Assembly: GCA_045541255.1 (NCBI GenBank)
Contig: JAZQIU010000006.1
Span: 109,504-173,503 of the forward strand
Reading direction: 5' to 3'
DNA length: 64,000 bases
Origin: Bacilli bacterium
GTDB taxonomy: Bacteria; Bacillota_I; Bacilli_A; RF39; UBA660
Below, piece by piece: positions 53,726-59,137 of this stretch. The position numbers and the translations under genes were made by a program. Numbering within the stretch: position 1 is the stretch's first letter; each line of letters starts with the position of its first letter. The notes beneath the pieces are model-generated. The model saw only the letters and a program-made list of their open reading frames with translations, did not search any database and was not told the DNA's origin.

Positions 53726-54199
53726 ATGTTATTTGAATTCAAAAACAATAATAATGATTTTTATGATATGAATTTAGATTATTTTAATTTAAATAAGTAT
53801 GATATAAAGAATAATGAATTTAAGAATTATAATAATATGAATAAAAGTGATAATTTAGATTTAGAGAATGGTTTTTATTTAGGCAATATATTTAGTGATT
53901 TGTATAAACCGTATAAAAATTTTAAACCTAAAAAAATTAATGCTTATAGTGAACAACAAAAAATGTTATTACGTATTCAAGAATTAGATTTTATTATAAA
54001 TGATTTAAATTTATATTTAGATGTATATCCTAATGATATGAAATGTTATGAAATTTTCAAAAAATATTGTTTAGAACTTGAAAGTTTAAAAAAGAAATAT
54101 GAAGAAAAATATCAAGTTTTAGAACTTATTAATGATACTAAAGGAAAGTATACATGGATAGAAGAACCATGGCCTTGGGATGGAGGTAAATATGTTTAA
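53726..54199 (+). CDS. cotJB: Spore coat-associated protein CotJB (with CotJA-like N-terminal segment)
   Basis: CotJB core QELDFIINDLNLYLDVYPNDMKCYEIFKKY...YEEKY...EPWPWD. The N-terminal GNIFSDLYKPY resembles the CotJA motif. It sits directly upstream of cotJC. Confidence 0.7.
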   Translation: MLFEFKNNNNDFYDMNLDYFNLNKYDIKNNEFKNYNNMNKSDNLDLENGFYLGNIFSDLYKPYKNFKPKKINAYSEQQKMLLRIQELDFIINDLNLYLDVYPNDMKCYEIFKKYCLELESLKKKYEEKYQVLELINDTKGKYTWIEEPWPWDGGKYV

Positions 54200-54398
54200 G
54201 TATGATAAAAAACTTCCTTATCCAGTAGATATAAAGAAAAAAGATTTAAAGATGGCAAAATATATCATAACTCAATTTGGTGGTTCTAATGGGGAGATTG
54301 CTGCAGCGTTAAGATATTATTCACAAAAGTTTAGTATGCCTACTGAAGAGGGTAAAGCATTATTAAATGATATTGCTACTGAAGAACTACTACAATAA
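54192..54398 (+). pseudogene. cotJC: cotJC (Mn-catalase-family spore coat protein), 5' fragment truncated by prophage insertion
   Basis: MFKYDKKLPYPVDIKK...FGGSNGEIAAALRYYSQKF...LLNDIATEE follows the conserved CotJC N-terminus. It then reads LLQ-stop exactly where the metal-binding ExxH segment should follow. The fragment is about 68 aa, whereas I recall full-length CotJC as about 190 aa. Confidence 0.75.
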
Positions 54399-54440
54399 GC
54401 ATATCAGTTATAAAAGCAATAAATAAAATAAGGAAAAAAG

Positions 54441-54472
54441 AGCAAAAAAAAAGGACTAGCCGAAGCTAGTTC
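54441..54472 (-). terminator. Rho-independent terminator after the endolysin gene
   Basis: Minus-strand hairpin gaactagc-ttcg-gctagtcc followed by a run of nine T. Confidence 0.65.
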
Positions 54473-54484
54473 TTTTAAATTTTA

Positions 54485-55348
54485 CTAATATAATTTAATA
54501 TTGTCCCAACGAGTAGTACCATTTTTAAAGTTAAGATTAACTTGTCTTTGAACTTCTGCATAATTAGATCCTAACGCTTTTTTACGAGCGTCGCCATTAC
54601 CGAAATCTCCTCTAATAGTTTTCTTAACTAAAGTTAAAATATCTACTGTAGGTTGTGGTTTAGGTGTTGCTGCTGGCTTAGAATTATTAGAACTTAACAT
54701 TTCATTAACTCTAGCTTGAACTTCACTATATCTGCTACCTAACGCTTTTTTACGGTCTTCTCCGTTACCATATTTACCAGCTATAACTTCCTTAGCTAAT
54801 TCGTCAACAGATTTATTAGCTATATCATTATTAGTAGTTGGTGTATTGTTTATAATTCCTATAACAGGATTTACAATACAACCTCTATAAGTATAGCCAC
54901 TACCAGCACCCCAGTTACCATTACCTTTATTACGTGTAGCAGTCCAGAAAGCCGTACTTCCGTAACCACTCTCAGCAGTTTTAACTTGAGTATCGCTATT
55001 TTTCTTAGTACAGATAGCAACGTGTCCTGCACCGTCATTACCAGATAAAGTAGCGCCTTTTTGCCATACCATAATACCACCGACAACTGGCTCTTTTACA
55101 ACTGATAATCCTAACGCGATAGCTCTTTCTATAAAGTTCTCAGCGTTACAATTTAACCAGTATTTTTCATACCCTAAATTGCACTCCTCATTAAATGCAC
55201 CGCAAGCATAACCTACACAGTTAGCTAAAACATTACAATTAGCGTCTGTTGGCTTTCCTTGAATACATGTAGAGTAACCACCGTTAGCTTTACGAATAAA
55301 ATATTTATTACCAGCTCCTGGCTTAGTTGTTCTTATATTCGTCATCAA
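54485..55348 (-). CDS. Endolysin: CHAP/NlpC-P60-like amidase-peptidase with two Cpl-7 (CW_7) cell-wall-binding repeats
   Basis: N-terminal Cys/His pair (NCVGYACG ... GHVAICT) and two C-terminal repeats GKYGNGEDRKKALGSRYSEVQARVNEML / GDFGNGDARKKALGSNYAEVQRQVNLNF. Confidence 0.85.
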   Translation of the reverse strand: MMTNIRTTKPGAGNKYFIRKANGGYSTCIQGKPTDANCNVLANCVGYACGAFNEECNLGYEKYWLNCNAENFIERAIALGLSVVKEPVVGGIMVWQKGATLSGNDGAGHVAICTKKNSDTQVKTAESGYGSTAFWTATRNKGNGNWGAGSGYTYRGCIVNPVIGIINNTPTTNNDIANKSVDELAKEVIAGKYGNGEDRKKALGSRYSEVQARVNEMLSSNNSKPAATPKPQPTVDILTLVKKTIRGDFGNGDARKKALGSNYAEVQRQVNLNFKNGTTRWDNIKLY

Positions 55349-55538
55349 TTTCAGCTCCTTCCCCTAAAAGTTCATTGACAGTATCTGTGTTGAAATTTGT
55401 TTGTACTCCGTATGGCTCAGCGTCTTCGCCAGCGCCCATACCTTCGACGTCTTGAATATAATTATTTTTATATTCTTCGACTAATTCTTTGTTGTACTCA
55501 ACTTCAATTATTTGTTCTTGAGTGTTTTTTTCTTCCAT
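55323..55538 (-). CDS. Small acidic hypothetical phage protein
   Basis: 71 aa, lying between the holin and the endolysin and overlapping the endolysin start by 26 nt. Confidence 0.4.
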   Translation of the reverse strand: MEEKNTQEQIIEVEYNKELVEEYKNNYIQDVEGMGAGEDAEPYGVQTNFNTDTVNELLGEGAEIDDEYKNN

Positions 55539-55539
55539 G

Positions 55540-55923
55540 TTAGTTTTCCTCCTTATCTTTATCTATATCTAACTCTGAGTCGACAGAGTTGATACCTAAA
55601 ATATCTTTTATTTTTGAATAACAGTCTAAAGCATATTTTCTATACGCCGTTAAAGTTATTCCTACAATTTCTAAAAATGTTATTATGTCATTAGGAACAG
55701 TAATCTCGATTCTTGCTAAAATGATAGGTAATACTTCTAAGCAGAAGCAATATGTTATAAAACATAAACAAAAAAGAAACGCTTTTAACGTTCCTTTTCC
55801 TATCTTTTTCCACTCGAATTTAGTAGCTTGACTACCTAATACCGCACCTAATACGGTATTAGTTAAATAAAGTGCTCCTAGCACCGCTAATAACATTAGA
55901 ATAGTTAATAAATTATTTTCCAA
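55540..55923 (-). CDS. Putative holin
   Basis: 127 aa with three or four TM helices and a charged C-terminus, immediately upstream of the endolysin. Confidence 0.65.
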   Translation of the reverse strand: MENNLLTILMLLAVLGALYLTNTVLGAVLGSQATKFEWKKIGKGTLKAFLFCLCFITYCFCLEVLPIILARIEITVPNDIITFLEIVGITLTAYRKYALDCYSKIKDILGINSVDSELDIDKDKEEN

Positions 55924-55933
55924 TTTAAACTCC

Positions 55934-56242
55934 TCACTTTCTGTGTAATTCTTCTAAATTGTCTATTCTATGGTGCGCTGATTTAGTAGACGATTCTACC
56001 GCAGATAATCTCTCGCCTAGTTGGTGTATTGTTTTATTAAAGTCTTTATTATCTAAACGTATCTCGTCAATATTTTTACTAATCATATCTAATTTTGTGT
56101 CTAGCTTAGTAGACATAGCCACGTCCTCTTTAGTCTCTTGTTTAACGTTTTTTCTACTATTCATTAAATAAGTAGCATAACCTATAATACCGCCTAGAAT
56201 AGTAAAAACTAAACCTATTGAAATCATAGTCGAACTTTCCAT
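55934..56242 (-). CDS. XhlA-like membrane/coiled-coil lysis-associated protein
   Basis: 102 aa with one TM helix plus a coiled coil (RLSAVESSTKSAHHRIDNLEE); its position before the holin matches PBSX-like modules. Confidence 0.45.
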   Translation of the reverse strand: MESSTMISIGLVFTILGGIIGYATYLMNSRKNVKQETKEDVAMSTKLDTKLDMISKNIDEIRLDNKDFNKTIHQLGERLSAVESSTKSAHHRIDNLEELHRK

Positions 56243-56775
56243 TATTCGTTATTTTCTTTACTTTCTTCTGGATTAGTAGGGAAATCTACTTCAAATGGAA
56301 AATTCTTTTGTTTAGTAATATCTCTTAATTGTTGTCTATATCTAGACCAATTACCATTTAAAACGTTTCCAAGTGAGCTAAATAAATCTTTTATTACCGA
56401 TAACATAGTTACGGCGTTAATTTCTTCTGGTACGGCTATACCTAATCTATCAATAAGGACATGTTTATCACTTTCAGCAAGTAATTTGTCTCTTATTGCT
56501 CTTATTTCTGCTGCTTTTTCTGCGATAAAATTGTTTTTAGCTAATTGTAGCCATGTATCAATATTATCGTTTAAATAAGCTTCTAAATCGTCTCTGTTGA
56601 TAATCTGCATTTTATATACGTAATAAGAATATAAAGTATATTCTGTACCGTCTTCTTCTGTTCTAGTAACTTCTTCTATGTCGTCAAAAAAAGCAACCTC
56701 AATTAGGTTGCCTTTTAATTCTCCAATTCTAAAGTTACCAGGTCTTATTGTGCTTTCTACCTTTTTTACTTTCAT
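56242..56775 (-). CDS. Tail-fibre-assembly / XkdW-like protein
   Basis: The C-terminal WSRYRQQLRDITKQKNFPFEVDFPTNP matches the W-x-x-YR-x-x-LRDIT...FP...P motif of phage tail-fibre assembly chaperones. Its start overlaps the RT 3' end by 41 nt. Confidence 0.5.
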   Translation of the reverse strand: MKVKKVESTIRPGNFRIGELKGNLIEVAFFDDIEEVTRTEEDGTEYTLYSYYVYKMQIINRDDLEAYLNDNIDTWLQLAKNNFIAEKAAEIRAIRDKLLAESDKHVLIDRLGIAVPEEINAVTMLSVIKDLFSSLGNVLNGNWSRYRQQLRDITKQKNFPFEVDFPTNPEESKENNE

Positions 56776-57799
56776 TTCTTATAACCTCCTTACACAATTT
56801 GTAATTAACATACGGTTTTATGTATTTTTGTTGATAATTAAATGAATTACAATGTTTTAACCAACCGCTGTAACTAAGCATGGCTGCTGCGTCGTGATAG
56901 GTTATATGATCTTTCTTAGCCATTTTCTTAGCACGCCTTTTAATTCTTAAGAAATTGCTTCTTCTAAGAGTAGTATACCCACGATAGAAACGATAACCTA
57001 AGAAATCAATAGGCCTAGACTCTGTTTTGAAAAGTTGCCAGTTTTCTTTAATACGTAACTTTTCTTTACTTAAGAAGTTGTCGATTTCTATTTTGATTTT
57101 TCTTAATTCTTTTTTGTTGTTCGAGAATAATACCATGTCGTCCATGTATCTTATATAATGTTTAACTTTTAATTGTTCTTTTATAAAATGATCTAGATCC
57201 TGTAAATAAAAATTCGCAAACCATTGACTCGTAAAATTGCCTATAGGTAGACCTTCCTGGCTACTGTCAATAATTAGATCAATAAGAAATAAAGTGTCTT
57301 TATCTTTTATAATCTTACGAAATTTATTTTTTAGAATCTCTTTGTCAATACTAGGGTAAAATTTCTTAATATCTATTTTTAAACAATATTTAGTATATTT
57401 TCTATCAGCTACTAATATCTTTTTTAAATGTCTCATGCCACGCATAATACCTCTATTTTTGATACTAGCGCAAGAAAACTCATACATGCCACGCATAATA
57501 AGCGGCTCTATCTGCAGCATTAAAGCCCAGTGAATAACCTGGTCTGGGTAAAAGCGCGGCTTAAAGATAATTCTTTCTTTTTTATTAGCACCGTCTCTTA
57601 TTTTCATTTCAACGTATGGACTAGGTCTATACGTTTTATCTTTTAATGCTTTTTGGATTTGTAAAGCGTAGTATGTAGGAGAGTCGAGTATTTTCTCAAC
57701 TGTCTTTCTAGATCCTTTACCTTTAGCAGCTTTATAAATAGCAGATTCAATATTGTTTAAATTTGTGATATTTTCATAAATGTTACCTTTTCTTTTCAT
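56735..57799 (-). CDS. DGR reverse transcriptase
   Basis: 354 aa with the RT motif 5 YMDD (IRYMDDMVLF) and the DGR-specific motif 4 [LIV]GxxxSQ (LPIGNFTSQWFAN). It lies 147 nt downstream of a template repeat. Confidence 0.92.
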   Translation of the reverse strand: MKRKGNIYENITNLNNIESAIYKAAKGKGSRKTVEKILDSPTYYALQIQKALKDKTYRPSPYVEMKIRDGANKKERIIFKPRFYPDQVIHWALMLQIEPLIMRGMYEFSCASIKNRGIMRGMRHLKKILVADRKYTKYCLKIDIKKFYPSIDKEILKNKFRKIIKDKDTLFLIDLIIDSSQEGLPIGNFTSQWFANFYLQDLDHFIKEQLKVKHYIRYMDDMVLFSNNKKELRKIKIEIDNFLSKEKLRIKENWQLFKTESRPIDFLGYRFYRGYTTLRRSNFLRIKRRAKKMAKKDHITYHDAAAMLSYSGWLKHCNSFNYQQKYIKPYVNYKLCKEVIRNESKKGRKHNKTW

Positions 57800-57946
57800 A
57801 ATTCCTGGTCCTTTTAAAATTCTTATATTTGCCTGCAGGTCTTTCGAGAAATTTCATAATGAAGATAAACCTACTAAACCCACCCAGAACGACTAATTTT
57901 TAGCAAGCGCTATGGAAAATGATGTGTAAGGATTTAATGATAAGTA
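57800..57946 (-). other. TR-to-RT spacer (probable 3' part of the DGR template RNA)
   Basis: Non-coding 147 nt between TR and the RT start. By analogy with the Bordetella phage DGR, this spacer is expected to be part of the RNA that primes cDNA synthesis. Confidence 0.45.
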
Positions 57947-58049
57947 GTCGAGCTCCGTTGTTCTCCCACGTATTCGAAGACGCGTTGTTAGCATTAAGAC
58001 ACCACAAGCCACAATAACTAGAGTCTACCCAACAACCGCCGACACGAGC
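57947..58049 (-). repeat. DGR template repeat (TR)
   Basis: A 103-bp match to the VR. In the 97-nt core, all 6 mismatches are at TR adenines on the coding strand. VR-frame translation ARVGGCWVDSSYCGLWCLNANNASSNTWENNGAR (6 AAY Asn codons). Confidence 0.9.
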
Positions 58050-58103
58050 TAATCGCTTAAGATAACGAAACACACACACCAAGTCCCTATTTTAATATAA
58101 GTG

Positions 58104-58206
58104 GTCGAGCTCCGTAGTTGCCGTTATAATTCGAAGACGTATCATTCAGCGTATAACACCACAAGCCACAATTAGTACCATTGAGCCAACGACCGCCGAC
58201 AAGTAC
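58104..58206 (-). repeat. Orphan DGR cassette C6 (VR/TR-like, 103 bp)
   Basis: Same length and conserved blocks as VR/TR. VR-frame translation VLVGGRWLNGTNCGLWCYTLNDTSSNYNGNYGAR, no stop, 6 Asn codons. Confidence 0.8.
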
Positions 58207-58257
58207 AAATCGTGAAAACTACGAGCACACACACCAAATCCCATTTTAATATAAGTG

Positions 58258-58360
58258 GTCGAGCTCCGATCGTAGCGTTGTAATTCGAAGACGCTTCGTT
58301 AAGGTTCCAATACCACAAGCCACACATAAGGGCGTCAGCCCAATTACCGCCGACAAGAGT
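58258..58360 (-). repeat. Orphan DGR cassette C5
   Basis: VR-frame translation TLVGGNWADALMCGLWYWNLNEASSNYNATIGAR, no stop, 5 Asn codons. Confidence 0.8.
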
Positions 58361-58419
58361 ATAAAAGAATAACTACACGACCAGAGGCCACACACCAAAT
58401 CCCAATTTTAAAATAAGTA

Positions 58420-58522
58420 GTCGAGCTCCGACGTTGATATTCGATAACGAAGACGCGTCATTAAAGTTCCAATACCACAAGCCAGCTTGAGAGGTATTGT
58501 TCCATCTACCGCCGACAAGAGC
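58420..58522 (-). repeat. Orphan DGR cassette C4
   Basis: VR-frame translation ALVGGRWNNTSQAGLWYWNFNDASSLSNINVGAR, no stop, 6 Asn codons. Confidence 0.8.
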
Positions 58523-58579
58523 GAATAAAGACTAAACGTTCGAAGCGCACACATCAAATCCCTAATTTTGATATAAGCG

Positions 58580-58682
58580 GTCGAGCTCCGACGTTGTTCC
58601 AAGATTCCGAAGACGCGTTTTCAATAGTAAGAGCCCACAAGCCACTACAACTGACGTCCCAGAAGCTACCGCCGACAAAAAG
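58580..58682 (-). repeat. Orphan DGR cassette C3
   Basis: VR-frame translation LFVGGSFWDVSCSGLWALTIENASSESWNNVGAR, no stop, 3 Asn codons. Confidence 0.8.
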
Positions 58683-58736
58683 CAGTAACAGAAATACGGA
58701 GCCATACACACCAAATCCCAAATTTTAATATAAGTA

Positions 58737-58839
58737 GTCGAGCTCCGACGCCTGTACCATTAGCCGAAGAAAGCTCTTCAAAGTGCCAACACCACAAGCC
58801 ACAACGAAGCGCATTATTCCAATTGCCGCCGACAAGAGC
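58737..58839 (-). repeat. Orphan DGR cassette C2
   Basis: VR-frame translation ALVGGNWNNALRCGLWCWHFEELSSANGTGVGAR, no stop, 4 Asn codons. Confidence 0.8.
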
Positions 58840-58894
58840 GAACGCTGAGAGTTAGCACGAACTATACACACCAAATCCCATTTTAATATAAGTG

Positions 58895-58997
58895 GTCGAG
58901 CTCCGACGTCGGCTACTGACTCAGAAGAATCTAGCAGCAGCAAATAACTAAATAATCCAGAACGATTATCAATACGCCAAAGACCGCCGACAAGAGC
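58895..58997 (-). repeat. Orphan DGR cassette C1
   Basis: VR-frame translation ALVGGLWRIDNRSGLFSYLLLLDSSESVADVGAR, no stop, 1 Asn codon. This is the most divergent copy (SGLF instead of CGLW). Confidence 0.75.
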
Positions 58998-59051
58998 GGA
59001 ATCAGTAGACCAACGCGAACATTACACACCATGCCCTAAAAAATAAATTTA

Positions 59052-59137
59052 GCGGCTCCGACTACAGTCGGTATAATAATTATTTTTATTTATGGGAGGC
59101 TGGCCGCCCCCAAACCCCCGCTAACTGGTTTTAAGAA
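59052..59137 (-). promoter_or_regulatory. VR-specific 3' flank: GC-rich island plus small hairpin (candidate IMH/target-recognition element)
   Basis: Directly after the stop codon lies cgggggtttgggggcggccagcctccc (59094-59121, coding strand), very GC-rich in an AT-rich context. A hairpin CCGAC-TGTA-GTCGG follows at 59058-59071. The segment is absent downstream of TR and of all six cassettes. Confidence 0.5.

Noticed and set aside
54399-54440. An identifiable att core at the cotJC/prophage junction
   Set aside because: The other junction is outside the window, so no direct repeat can be verified. Only the approximate break point (about 54387) is supported.
58104-58997. Cassettes as ordinary extra VRs diversified from the present TR
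   Set aside because: Hand alignment to the TR shows many differences at TR positions that are not adenine, for example TGT vs CGT and TCT vs GGT. None of the cassettes lies inside an ORF with an upstream gene body.
58050-59051. Reading the array of about 157-bp period as a CRISPR array
   Set aside because: The long units are homologous to each other and to the VR/TR, keep a protein reading frame, and have a fixed length of 103 bp. The short conserved part is the minority of each unit, and no cas genes are nearby. The geometry and content do not fit CRISPR.
59094-59121. G-quadruplex or a strong stem-loop in the GC-rich island after the target stop codon
   Set aside because: Only two long G-runs are present, whereas an intramolecular G4 needs four. 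The best stem I could draw (GGGGG/CCTCC with a G-T pair) is weak. I therefore report it only as a GC-rich, VR-specific element.
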